Positions 39,864 through 52,452 of a DNA stretch of 64,000 nucleotides are shown here, piece by piece. Position numbers and translations under genes: made by a program. A model generated the notes under the pieces. That model had not been told where the DNA came from and ran no database searches. It saw nothing but the letters and a program-made list of their open reading frames with translations. Every line of letters starts with the position of its first letter. Within the stretch, counting starts at the first letter, position 1. This stretch comes from Ramazzottius varieornatus (taxonomy: Eukaryota > Animalia > Tardigrada), in contig BDGG01000002.1 of NCBI GenBank assembly GCA_001949185.1, forward strand, positions 8,665,990 through 8,729,989, in the 5' to 3' direction.

Positions 39864-40533
39864 CCTTCTGCCGTCTAGCTTCCCCTTCTAACCAACAACT
39901 TGACAGCTCACATTGCCGGATCTATCGATGTATCGTTGATGTATCTAAACCACAAAACGGTAGGTAGTAAGTAGATGATGACAAGAACGATGAAGTTAAT
40001 TTTATGCGTCAAGGTGATACGTACAATCTTTGACGAATGCTTGTCCGCAATCAGATGAGCTTACTCACTACAACATCGGAGATCGAGAACGATGGTTCAC
40101 TTGAAGCTTCTGGGACAACATGGAATAGGCTTTCAAATTCAGCACTCAACAAGTCGCAAACTGTCGCTGAATCGCTGTTGCGGATTCTAACGAGATCATT
40201 CTAAGTTCCAACAACGAGACCTGTTTGCGTTCACGTTTGCGCGTGATATCGCTTCTGCGCACCCTGCGTGACGCATGGACTGATAAATAGCAGACGATAT
40301 GGCAAGCCGTCCGGTCACTAACTCAACTGGCTGTTTCGTGTTGAATGCGTGAATCTCATACACTGTCCGGCCATCTGTCCAGTTTCACCGAATCGGGATA
40401 TCTGATCAGCAGTTTTTGGTGCGACACATGTTCTCATCGGTATGCTTCGAACACGGAGGATTAGCACCGGACACAACTCCAGCCCGGCACGTCGCCAGCT
40501 TTTTGTTGTTTGGTCTCCGAAATTCACTATATA

Positions 40534-40872
40534 CGAGGTAAACGACATAATTTGGCATAGTGGTTTTTCACTCACAATTCGGGCAAATATTTTCTCAGCT
40601 CCTGTTGCCTGTAATCCACCGCTTCTTGTTTCATAAAGTAGATTGATCCCTCTGTTCGAGGTCTTAGTAGATATAAGAACGACAAAGCGTTGTAGATCAG
40701 AGGAATTCGTCCTGGAAGAGAGATGGGTCGGTCCAATGTTGAAAAGCCTAAAGTTGTATCAACAGACGTACGATGAGAGATGAATCAAGCGTTGTCGATC
40801 ATGTTCGAACTTTTCGCATTGCCCGAATTATGATGCGACAATCGATATGCCCGAATCATGTCGTTCACTTCG
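40534..40872. mobile_element. Tc1/mariner-type MITE (copy 1), ~340 bp
   Basis: ta|CGAGGTAAACGACATAATTTGGCATA ... TATGCCCGAATCATGTCGTTCACTTCG|ta; colinear with the copy at 63705. Confidence 0.85.
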
Positions 40873-41105
40873 TACATATGTATATGTAGTTAGTAACTCG
40901 GTAGTCGTAGGACCGACGTAGGTGCGCTTGCGATTACTTACTTTTTGCTGCTCGTCGAGCGTAGTCTAGATGGTTTTTTTCTGTCATTCCTTTCAGAGCT
41001 TCGAACGAAGGGTGAATAAGCTGACAACGATGCTTCAGGAAGGACGAGAACGGAGGTGAAGCTTGAGCGCAACAGGTTGCCGGAAGCGAGCTGCCCGACG
41101 GAAAC

Positions 41106-42477
41106 ATGCCTTCTCTAGACAAACGAGTCAACTCCACGCTCTGGTCGTCGTTTTTCCAAGTGTCCAACACCGATCGCGCCATGCCGCCATGGCCCCACTG
41201 GCCACTGGTTTACCACTGTCTTACTCTGGTTATCGTTGCTCTGCAAGCGGCTTGTTTGGATTACTACCTGGTCTCATTCAACTATGATCCCAAACACGAA
41301 TCAGCCTCATACTGGTGGATCACATGGATTGTCGCCGACGTCCTAGTTTTGGCTCTCATGATTGCAACCTTCTTTCTTTCTAGAAAATATCTTCATCCGT
41401 TTGAGAAGAGAGACAGAAACGCCGAGCGACGAAATGGCGAAGCGACAAAATGCAGGCGATCGCGGCGAGGACATCTGGGAATACTGCCGCATGCATGGAT
41501 AGTATGGCTTTTATACGCACTCGTGCTCGTCGGAAAAATCATCAGCATCTTCCAGACATTTGGGTCGGGCTTGGTGGAGAAGGATGTCTTTGGGATCAAC
41601 TTACTGGAATTTACATTGGGAGGTATACACAGCGCCTACGTATCTTTAGCCGGCTGATCTTTCCGTAGAAAAATGCCACAATCCAGCTGCTAGCTACTGT
41701 GACATGACGTGACAGATCTGAGATAATTCTTGCCCGCTTTTTCTCAGAATATGTTGCAGCAGCTGCCAATGTGTTTTTGTATTTTGCATTTGTATCAGGT
41801 AACGGCTTTTGATTTGAATAGGGACAGCTGCCGTATTCATGTTGATATTATCCACAAGGCCCAAGGAGCTGGCTACAGCGGCACAGCGTCATTACCTTCG
41901 CTGGATGCAACATTTCGTGCTGCTGGAGATCATCGATTGTGCCGAGTTCTTGACCTTGCTCTTTACCGAAGTGGAACTGGGCACCGAAGTCACCCCTCTG
42001 CCAGAAGCCATGCGTCGGGCCATCCTGGCCTTTGCCTCCATCAATATTCTGGCGCCTACCCTTGCCTTGTACCGCCTCAGTGCGCGTCACAACCGCAGGC
42101 CGGAGAAGACCATCTGGCGCAATTTCTATCTGGCGCAAACGGTGGTGGGCACCATCTTTGGCAACCTCCCCTATTTCGTCATTCGAGTCATACTTTGGCA
42201 TGATCATGAGTTCGTCACGGGTCTTTTCGCCATGAAAAACTTGATCATGATTGTGACGGACGGTCGCGAGTTGAGCGCCTACGTGCGCGACCTCCGCAAA
42301 GGCCGCCACACGGAAGACTACAGTGAAAGCGGCAGTTCCGATGAAGAGGAGGAAGATGACATGACAGCTCCCAAGAAAGAGATCAATACCAACGAAGAGG
42401 GAAGAGAAACTCGTTCGCTAAAGTCGCCGCCGGACTTGAGAACAGAGGACGAAATCACGGTTATTCAAAATCTCTAA
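41106..42477 (+). CDS. TMEM121: TMEM121/CECR6-family multipass membrane protein; exons ~41106-41622, 41822-42477
   Basis: QAACLDYYLV, WIVAD, LPHAWIVWLLY..K, FGINLL, LEIID..FLTLLF, PTLALY.L, NLPYFVIR..LW, LFAMKN; acidic tail. Confidence 0.75.
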
Positions 42478-43003
42478 CCAGCCCTAAAGTAAATTGCTCC
42501 ATGACATTCCAGTCAGGTTTCCCCTCACTCTATCCTGAGTATTCCTCACAGAATCTTGATCTGCACTATAAATGTCAGCTTGTCTTGCCAGTCGCAGGTG
42601 TCGAGATCTTGTTAAATGTTCAAGTACAGTTTTCGTTGCTAGAATGGGGCCCATCGGGGTAGTTCTTCGCCCAAGCCCCAGGGTGGCGCGCAGTTTTGCG
42701 AAGTTGGTGAAGGATTGCATCGTATACCTGCCCGTCTCATTGCAACCTACGCCGTGTAATCTGCCGTTCGGGGGCATCTGTGGGACTGCGCATGAATATA
42801 TGCAGATAACGATGAATTCAGGGCAGAATCCAGCTTTTTCAGTCGAGTCGAGATGTACAGATAACAGCGCAGATGGTAAACCTTTTCTACACCACATGAC
42901 CAGCATGTGAATTTGGAGATGTCTTAAGCATTCTTAACGAAACACAGTCTTAACAACGTGAGAGAAAGCCGCAGTAGGTACAGTATGTTAGCCTGTGGGT
43001 ATG

Positions 43004-44008
43004 TTAGATGTAATTGGAGACGGTGTCGACCACTTTCTTGAAATATGGCACTAGTTCCGGGCAGTTCATGATGGGCTCATCGCATTCACCAGTCAGAAGA
43101 CCGACGTTGACCGCTCGTGTCATACCTTCGGTGGCGCCCTTGTTGTCAAGCGTAGACGAGATTGACCTGAATAAGAAATGAGAAACTTATTATGTCCGTC
43201 ATCGCCAGCCTAAATTTGCACAATGTAATATCGCTATACTGTCCAAAAGATATATTTGAGGAAGGATAGTCACCTGAGGAGATCCTTGAAGACAAAACCG
43301 TTAGCTTCTTGGTCGCCGAAACTGGAGGACAGATGGCACATGGCATATCGGCGGCACTCGGGAGTCTGAATCAAGCCATACAGCTCGCTACCACGGTCCA
43401 GCAGACCATATCCGACACTGGTGATCTTGTCGAAGAGCGGCATATTCTCATCTTCGAACGACCGGAACAAGCTGTTACTAGTAAAGGTGGTAGAGAAGGG
43501 CGAGGCTTGGCTGGGGACCATGTAGTTGAACATGTACAGGAAGAAGACTCCGAAAACCATGAAACCCATGAACATGACGAAGAACGCTACGAAGGTAGCG
43601 TACTACGAAGCGAACACGACATGTTGTGATTGGGCAGAGGAATTCGATATTTACGTTGATGGTTGGAGTCAAAGACAGTAACATCGCCCTTACCTGAAGA
43701 ATGGCGAACAATGTGGTAAAAAAGTCTGTGGTGAGGGAAAACTGGGTGGCATTACTGATGGAGGCATTAAAAGGTCCCTGGCTGACGAAACCACCGAGGA
43801 ACAATTGCAACAGTGCAGGGAAGAAGCTGTTGAAGCCACCGGCAAAGTTTACGGTGGAATTATTGACGAAAGTGGTATTGGTTTGTCGTTCTCTCCTGAC
43901 CAACAAGGCTTCTGAATCATCGAAAAAACTCCGCTGGCTTTGGTCCGCCAATATGATACCTCGTGTTATGGCGTTGAGGAGGCAGATGGCGATCATAAGG
44001 CGCCGCAT
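43004..44008 (-). CDS. Signal peptide + hydrophobic segments + C-terminal Cys motif protein (DM4/DM12-like); exons ~44008-43694, 43602-43274, 43166-43004
   Basis: MRRLMIAICLL.., RRERQ furin-like site, YATFVAFFVMFMGFMVFGVFFLYMF, ECRRYAMC..AVNVG..GEC....NCP. Confidence 0.7.
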
Positions 44009-44715
44009 GATGGAGGGGATGAAGGGGGACAGGATAAGGTCCTCAAGGCTGGAGGACGTTCAACTAGTCGCACCACGAGGCCAGCGGAAAAGACAGCCGA
44101 ACTGATAAACCAACTGACCAAGTGCAGCGCTGGTTGTCAACAAGAGACGAGGAAGAAGAAAATGAAGATGGCCAAGCTGAGTGCTCAATAGCTTCACTAT
44201 AACTTCGGCTCTTGTGGGTCGCGCTTCGCTGCGTGGAGAGAAACGAGTCTCCGGGCCGTGTGCCGCATCACGGAAATGCGAAGAACAAAGAAATATTCGT
44301 TTTTCTATCGCCACTGGCCAACTGTTAGCCTTCCGTGCCACGCTCGAGCGGCGAAAGACGGCCATCACTTTGATATCTCTTGCACATCCTTGTTGCAAGC
44401 GCAGCGCAGCGCAGATTCATGCCGAAAAACTGACATCACTTCCAATAGCCATGCCATTGCTCTCTCGCTCACTTCTCCCCAATAATGATGTGTCCGATAA
44501 CCGTCGACTACCTACTGTATCAAGCAGACCCGTAGCTGAAGGGGAACTCGCGAGATTTAAGGTGCTATGTCATAGTTTACCGTCATTTTTACTTGCATCG
44601 TTACCTCATCAGACTACGGATATTCAACTGGCAAACTACTCATCACAAAAAAAGCGAAAAACGAACATCAGCTTGTGACTAGATAATGGGTTCATTGACT
44701 TTTGTGGTCCGATTG

Positions 44716-45236
44716 CACCTCTCGTCGGAATTTTTAAAATGCTCTCGTCCGGAAACTGAAAGAGCTATATTACACCTCGGCCCATTTCTGGTCGTCCGAC
44801 ATGATCTAGGCAGAAATCACCAATTCCGGAACTCCGATGAGAAATCATGTCGGAAGCCTGACATTAAATTTTATACGGCTCGTCGGAATTTGTGTCGTGT
44901 CAGACGAGAGCGAATACCCGGCAGGAGACTCGGTTGATTGGTGCATTAAGAAAATTGACTGGAGAACCATCAAACGCCGCCTCATTCTCGTTATGCAACC
45001 AGATTTACCCTCGAAATTATATTGTAGTTTAATAGAAATTCGAATTCAATAGCAAAATTTGAAAGCCAAGAATCTTTCATAACTGATTCCGAAATATATA
45101 CATTACATCTCGTTGTAATGGCATGAAATTTGACAGACAGAAATGAGTTCAGAAATTCATCCGTCATGAAATTGAAATTGATCCTTCTGAAATGGATGCC
45201 ATCCGGAAAATGGCATCAGACTTCCGACGAAAGGTG
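44716..45236. mobile_element. Degenerate MITE-like element
   Basis: Left CACCTCTCGTCGGAA; right (rc) CACCTTTCGTCGGAA followed by TA; internal GTCGGAA repeats. Confidence 0.5.
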
Positions 45237-46719
45237 TAATTGAACCATTAGCTCAGTATGTCCATCGAGGTTTTCTGCAGGTGCACTATCCTCAGATCAA
45301 TCTGACTCGTTTTCAAACAAAATTATCCTTCGCCGCGACCGAATACGGAGCAACAGTGGCTCATGTTGACCGAAAGGATTTTGCTTTGGAGCGGGTCAGT
45401 CCAGATCTTATCGTGCTTAAAGTGAGATTATACTAAGCAGAAGCACCAAGTCTGGTGCAAGATGCTAACTCTCGTGAAGAAAATGACCTCAAGGCATTTA
45501 AGCTGATCATCTTTTTGTTTCGAACTCAACAGAATTATGACAACGTTGATACGTACGCCTACTTCACAAAAGTTCTGGACGTAACTGAATTTCGTATGCT
45601 GGTATTATTTCTCTCCTCTTGCACGCCGTGAAACGGTTTAATTTACTAATGGTTCAACACGCCTCCCAGGTGGTGCATGCATGGTTCTTCGATCGTTACC
45701 ATGCTAGAAAATATCTCCGATCTGAAGAGCTCCATTCCGGCCACATCAGCGTTCGCGAAGAAGGCAGCTTATATGTTGTAGCTTCCGGCGCAGCACCACT
45801 TCGACACGCTCCTGCCTACACGGTTTCTAATCCAGCTGCCACAGGTGCCCGAAACGTGTCATCCGTTGATACCTAGCTGCCGATAATGTACAATACAGTC
45901 CGCTCGCTCGAACTGTGTACTATGTACGAAAATTTTTCGGTTTCAGTTCAAGGCCTGCCAAACATTCATCACAGTGTACCAAGCTGACGGCCAAAATTAC
46001 ATACCAGTGACACAAGCATCACACCGTGCTTTGTCTGGTGCGATCAACTAATCAAGTCTAATTAATCGGCTGTGTCGGCTGTGTTGGCCGTGTCGAGCGT
46101 GGTCTCCAGCTGTATCAAGGTGGCTGCGGTGGCCAGTTTCCTCTTTCGCACCAGTCCTCGAGATTTCTCCTCATAGTTCAGTGCGTTCTTGTGGAGATCC
46201 TCAGCTCGGTCGTGTACCTGCTAGGCCCCATTTCTGTGACCTTTAACCACGCTATCTTCGGACTGGTTCCTGCAGATATCGGCTTGTACGCCAACTGCGC
46301 CCTGGCCTCTCAACGTTACCGCTTGATTCCAGTCTTTTTCCCTCATCAATTCCGTCATACTGCCGCGCGCGGTGCAACTCGCTGCTTTTCTCGCTGTTCC
46401 GTGAATTCTATCTCTCCTCATCCATTCCCATCTGCGCCTGCAGCCAAATGCATCCACCTCTGCCTACCCTCAGCGTGGCTTACACTCTGTTGCTGAGCAC
46501 AACTGTAATCAGCCTTCGGAAGAAGATGAAGAAAGCGCAACGAGGGACGAATAGACATGCAGCGAAGACGCCTGTATAGTTCTCGTGGACTCTTTATTTC
46601 TCACGGCATATTGTGAAGATCTGCGTAATTCCAGGAACAACGTCCACCCATGGCGAACATGGGGCTGACGGCTCATGTGGCGCGGAGCGCTGGAAAGAGG
46701 AGACAGGTGCCGATTTAGC

Positions 46720-47330
46720 ACAGCGAGCCAAGTTGAAAAGATCTGGGATCGCCCGTTACTTCTGTCATCTTTCTTCCGACCACCTCAAACAGCTCCGTTG
46801 CACGATGTGTCCATGGTCCAAGGGTCTCCGGACCAATAGGGCAGAAAAGGAACGGACTTCCGATGTCCTGGTACTTCGTAATCTCTCTTCTATCGCGGCA
46901 TCGGCAGCTGGTTCGGCTTCAGCCGTCGACATTGCCAAGTTGGTCAGCGCCAAGGTATCGGCTACTGTGACATCTACACGAGCTCCTTACCGTTCTTCTC
47001 AGGAACTTGCATCGTGCCGTCCGGGCGTCTCTTGTCCTTCCTGAAAGATCCCTGGAGGTTCAAGGATGGGCGGAATCTGCGCTGCTTTTAGGGCTTTTTT
47101 GAGCGACTCGTTTAATGCACGGTGTCGGCTGTAACGACCGCCAGTAAACTTGCAGCTCACACCTGTGCTGACCGTATTCAACCATGTTGTCTCCGCAGCG
47201 ACGCGTATGTGCCCAGCAAGGCTTGGCGCCTGTAAGCATACAACGCTGATTTAGAAGGCGTTGCTCCAACAGGTTACCCAGGGTGGGTGACGGAAGAGCG
47301 TGGAGCTAAGAACTTGAGTTCTTCTCTGAA
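46720..47330 (-). mobile_element. 3' remnant of a non-LTR retrotransposon with restriction-like endonuclease (CRE/NeSL-like)
   Basis: Frameshifted fragments HALPSPTLG, GVSCK..GRYSRHRALNESLKKAL..PILEPPG, RRPDG, DVTVADTLA..A..AA. Confidence 0.7.
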
Positions 47331-47777
47331 ACTGTAATGACTCTCGTTTTATGGTTATCCGAAGCGGCACTTCCAACTGTCTTCATATGGAGGCAAGGTT
47401 TTAGCTGCGGGCAAAGTCAGGACGGGGTCCTTGTACCCATAAAAGTCATTCCAGAAAGAAATGTAGGAATCGTTATTTGATCCGGTTTCAGACCTTTCAT
47501 ACTGAACTGGGCTTTTCCCACTGGAACTGATGTCTGCAGAGAGTTCAGATATTTACGACACCTCTTCTTTTGCTAATCTCATACGCCTGATATTTTCTGC
47601 TGACGCAGGAGCGTCAAGGTAATTATTAACTTTGCCTCGACAGCCATTTCTGATTAATACAGATCCAGATTGACTAACCCGTTCCGTCCTAACTACTTCG
47701 TTCGCGTTGGTTTGCTATTAACAGTACACTTTTTCGACTATCTATATATCGCAAGGCTACTCTACGTCTGCAACGTC

Positions 47778-48642
47778 ATGTCAGTGCATAACGTAACAGA
47801 GCGAAGGAACCTGACCGCTTCTGACTCCACCCAAATCACCATAGTACTTTATTTGATGACCATTATTGGTTCCATTGCCACGACAGGAAACCTGAGCTTG
47901 CTCTTCGTCTCCTCAAACATCTTTTCTCTCGTCCTTCAGGCAGTCAGATTCTCGTAGCGAACCTGGCTCTAAGCTTCGCGCTGATCGGCTTCCCCTTAAC
48001 CCTCAGTTTTTACGACTCGGGCTTAAATGGTCATGGACTCTCGCCTGCCCTATGTAAGACCCAGCTTTTTGCCGTGTTTGTCTGCCTGTCTTCTTCGATG
48101 TGGACCAATGTCTGCTTGGGCTTCAATCGTTTGATTGCTATCTTTTTTCCTCATAATTACTCCTTCGTTGGCGGAAAGAAGTTCAACGGCACGCTGGTTG
48201 TCTCCAGTTGGGCCATTAGCCCGGGTCTCGTCTTGCCGATACCTTTCCTGGAAGGCGGTAGAGTCTATTACGCATCTCGTGGGTTATGCCTCAACTATCA
48301 GACGACAAATAGAAAGAGCAATCTGCTGTTCATGTTGTTCAGTGTGGTCCCATATGCGCTGATCAGCACGGCGTCAGTGGCTGTCATTTTCAAATCTGTT
48401 CGGATCTACAAGAACCGTCAGCAACAAGTCCGTGGCAATGGCGGTCGTGATGGTAAGGAATTCAAGCTGTTTAGCCGGCGCCTGCATGTGGCCAGAAGGC
48501 TCTTCTTCTCCTTTGTTTGGAGCTCCATGTGCCAACTGCCGGTCTTTCTGGTTGCAAGCTTCTTCCCGGACTGGCTCTTCGAATCACCGGTAAAATCAAG
48601 CTGGTTGAACTTTACTATAGCGCTGAAGTACGTGGGGAACCC
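47778..48642 (+). pseudogene. Class A GPCR paralogue with a 1-bp frameshift (~47909) and no recognisable last exon
   Basis: Aligns with 50349-51432 (GSQILVANL, SMWTNVCLGFNRLIAI, RGLCLNYQT, CQLP, YVGNP|gt); frame break just after TM1. Confidence 0.75.
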
Positions 48643-48894
48643 GGTAAGTATGCCTAATCGTTGCCATGTTGCGATAATAGAGCCTGGAAAGTACAATTCG
48701 CGTAACGCTTCCATTTGATTTCGAGGTTTGGTTACTTTGTAGCCAGTTAAGTGCCGTGCCTCCAAGTGTAAGGCCGAAGAAATTTGTTTTCAGGACTAGT
48801 CACAATATTTCTTTGCCAAGACTAATATTTACGCTGGTTTCCGCTATACCATATTGCGAGTGCAATACTGTAGACAGAACACTCAGACGAAACT

Positions 48895-49261
48895 TATGGT
48901 GAGCCGCGCGACTCAAAACTCAAAAGTGGATGCGCGGTGAGACACTTTTTTCCGCGCATCCACCCGCGGACTATAACATGACTTTCACCGCGGTTACAAA
49001 CTAGTTTCTCCGCGCATCCATGCGCGGTATAGTCGACTTTATCCGGCGAGTGCATGCACGGATCAAATGCTTGTTCCGCGCATCCATGCGTAGTTAACTA
49101 ATTTTCCGCGCATGGGAGCGCGCATAAAGTCAGTTTCTCCGCGCATCCACCAGCGGATAAAGTCGACTGACCCGCGCATCCATACGCGGAAAAAGTAATT
49201 TCCTCGTGCACCCACCCGCGGTGAATTCACTGTTGACTTTTGGATCGCGCGCCTCACCATA
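48895..49261. mobile_element. Non-autonomous TIR element filled with ~30-bp CCGCGCATCCA repeats
   Basis: TIRs TATGGTGAG(C/G)CGCGCGA..CAAAA.TCAA.AGTG, flanked by a GAAACT direct repeat; about 7 internal repeat cores. Confidence 0.8.
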
Positions 49262-50348
49262 GAAACTTGAAGGCAGAGGGATAGCGTTGGGGACATTGTG
49301 AACATACCCTACTGGTACGACATATGCTACTCCTACTCGTACCGTAACTGCGTGTATGTGTGCACACCAAGCTTTGGTCTATCGGGGACCAGCGCTTATT
49401 TTGCTTTTTTAACAGGTGATCTTTTTTGCAATGAGTAAAGACTACCGCCATGAACTACGACGACTAATCCCAGGTCCCAAACTCGTGCAACCACAATCCT
49501 CGTGGTAGCGCTACTGCCGCTGCGCAGCTCCACATGCGGAAACGCAGCTATTACCCACTGCAGACGCCCTGTTCCAGCTGAAGAGCGAGCAGCAAAGAAA
49601 GTCAACCAGCACTCGGGCATAAAGAGTCTAATGCTTCGCGGCAGTGTTGAGGAAGATTTTTGATATCGCAAAGTCGACGTCTTTTCACAGCCGCCAAGGC
49701 ATACGATCAAAGCCAGGTCCTTCCAGCCCAATTCGAATTTCATCTCGCAAGATTTCATGGTGACCGCGGCACGCTGGTGCCAAAGGGTGGATGCTCCCTG
49801 TGGATCCCTGTCCGCTTTACAGGGTTTGCACTTCGCGGATCATGAGGACAAGCGGAAAGCCATGGCAAGTGCAGACCTTATCGTTCATGCAGCCTCTGAT
49901 GACTGCCAATTACCGCAGACGTCCAAGCAATGTACTTGCAGCGATTGGCACCTTTGATGCAGACTGGTTAGACGCAAGGCGCACTTTATGTACAAATCCA
50001 GCCATGGTTAATCACGCCTGCAGGTTTGCCCCAGCGAAGGCCGTAAAAAGGCCGATTATCTATAAAGGTATACGTCGCCTGGCTGGATTTCTGTGATCCT
50101 GTAACAGATTGTTATTAAAAGCCTTGTCCCGCGGGTGCAAATGACGCCAGTGCAATAGGGAGACGGTATGCCGTTCCTTTTCCTAGCCCATGTTGCAGTC
50201 CAGTATACCTGACTGCTCATATGCTGTTACAGATTACTTCCCTGATACCGTATGCCACGTAGTGCCTCAAGTTTACCTACTTGTAAGTATCACTTTATAC
50301 AGAATCGTATTCGCGACTTTTTTCGGTCCTTGGCTTCACCAGTGAAGC

Positions 50349-51432
50349 ATGCGGAAAATGGACTTTGGTGCAAGGGGAAACTCAACTGGCTTTGAAAAGT
50401 CTGGAAACGAAACTAGCACAGCAGCCTTGTATGTGATGACAGTTATCGGTTGTATGGCGTTGATTGAAAACCTTGTCTTGCTTGTGGTCGTTGTGAGGTA
50501 TGCCTACACCCGCCACTATGGCAGTCAGGTCCTCGTAGCGAACCTGGTCCTCTCCTTCGTTCTCCTCAGCTTGCCCTTGACCTTGAGCCTTTACGACTCT
50601 GATGCCAAGGACCATGGGCTATCTGCTACTTTGTGCACCAATCTTCTCTTCACTCTGTATGTCTGCCTGTCGGTGTCAATGTGGACCAATGTCTGCTTGA
50701 GTTTCAACCGCCTCATCGCCATCTTCCGTCCTCACAAGTACTCCGCCATAACAGGTCGCAAGTTCAATTTGGCGTTGGTGGCGCTGTGCTGGCTCCTTAG
50801 TTGCTTGATTGTCATACCCATTCCCTTTCTCAAAGGAGGGAAAGTTTACCACCCACCGCGTGGCTTGTGTCTCAACTATCAGACGCTGGACAGAAAGATT
50901 GATTTGTTGTTCGGGCTCTTCACTGTTGCGCCTTACGCCTTGATTAGTGGGGCATCAGTGGGGGTTGTCGTGAGATCCCTTCGCATTCACCGCCATCGCC
51001 AGCAGCAAATTGATACCGTTGTGTTAGCGGAGGTGCACGACAGACAGTTTCGTCTCTTCAACCGCAGGTTACATGTGGCAAAGATGCTATTTTTCTCGTT
51101 CGTCTGGAGTTCAGCCTGCCAGCTACCGGCTTTCATAGCCATGATGTTCTTCCCTGACTGGATTTTCCACTCGCCGGTTGCGTCAGGCTGGATTAATTGT
51201 ACGATAGCCCTGGAGTATGCCGGGAACCCGGTAAGATGCTCAGTGTGTGTTGCGTCATGCTCTGACACCAGATAAGAACATGCCACTCTTATGACAGCTA
51301 ATCTTCTTCGCCATGAGCAAAGATTACCGCGATGGGCTTCAGCGCCTCATCCAACGGACTCCAGCCTGTTCACGTGCTAGTAATGTGGAAACTCGGTCCT
51401 CATTATCCAGGCGCCTTCAGCCGGTGGTGTGA
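50349..51432 (+). CDS. Orphan class A (rhodopsin-like) GPCR; exons 50349-51230, 51298-51432
   Basis: Seven hydrophobic helices, EN in TM1, NRL in place of DRY, CQLP in TM6, GNP|LIFFAMSKDYR in TM7/helix 8. Confidence 0.88.
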
Positions 51433-51517
51433 GGCAAAATTGCCTTCACTTCACTGGCATTCCGCACCAGGACGGGCAAGCATATATACCAGAGCACAGG
51501 GAAACAACATCACTTCT

Positions 51518-52218
51518 AGCAGTGCCTATTTGGTAGTCCCCCAGCTGTATAGCACGGTAAAACCAGCTTTATGGGAAATAAAAATGAGTACTAATCAACG
51601 ATCAAAACACAGAGTTTTTGTTACGTTGATACGGTGGGATTGATTACGGTCTGATGCTACGTTGGTACGGTCTAATGCGGCATTGCATCAGACTGAGAGT
51701 GCCGGGATTTTACAACGGGCGCGTAACGTTGCTACATGCACTTCGACATGTCAGCGCACCCAGGGGCGTGCAGTTGCTGTGCACTGGTACCAGTACGGTG
51801 TGTGTATGTGCGTGTCGCACCCATGCTTTAAAGTCTGAGTTCTCATCATCCGCAATACAGTTTCTCTTTTAGTCAAGTTGCGACCAGTGTTGATTTCAGT
51901 CTGGCATAATTTACTTGCTTAACGATCAATCAAGCGACACAAGTCAACTAAAGACTGATATAGAAAACTGATATAAAAACTGAGTTGCAAAAGCTAGTTT
52001 TCACTATTCAGTCTCAATGGAACAGTTGTACTTGATTAATCGAACGGCCGGAATTTATGCCCGAGACTGAAATCAACACTGGTTGCGACGTCATCGTGTT
52101 CGTAGGCGTGTCTGATTACCCCCGGCCGTTACCTCAATCAGGTTTGAGAGTATATTTCCACATTTCCGATGTTATCGTGCTATACAGCTGGGGGACTGTC
52201 AATGAATAGGCACTGCTT
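51518..52218. repeat. ~65-bp inverted repeats bounding an older element that hosts a hAT MITE
   Basis: AGCAGTGCCTATT..AGTCCCCCAGCTGTATAGCACG..TGGGAAATA at 51519-51580 is mirrored at ~52153-52218. Confidence 0.65.
51885..52081. mobile_element. hAT-derived MITE, 197 bp
   Basis: TIR CAGTGTTGATTTCAGTCT at both ends; perfect 8-bp TSD GTTGCGAC. Confidence 0.9.
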
Positions 52219-52452
52219 CTAGTGTTTTCACTGCAGTGCAGGCGTTGTTGGAAAACCGTTGACACAGCGTAGACAATCAACCGTAAATATAACTCGGGGC
52301 CAACTTTGGTTGCTGATTGTACTTTAGCTTTTGATTGGCAGGGCCGACTTCGACCACGTGCTTCTTGCGTACAGTGTGCGGTCTTAAGACACGTGGTCAA
52401 AGTCCGCCCCGTCAATCAAGGATCCGATCAACCGCAACAGCTGTTGGTGCGA

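Noticed and set aside
48950-49225. CRISPR-like repeat-spacer array
   Set aside because: The repeats are short and degenerate, the linkers are related to each other, the array is enclosed by TIRs, the context is eukaryotic and there are no cas genes.
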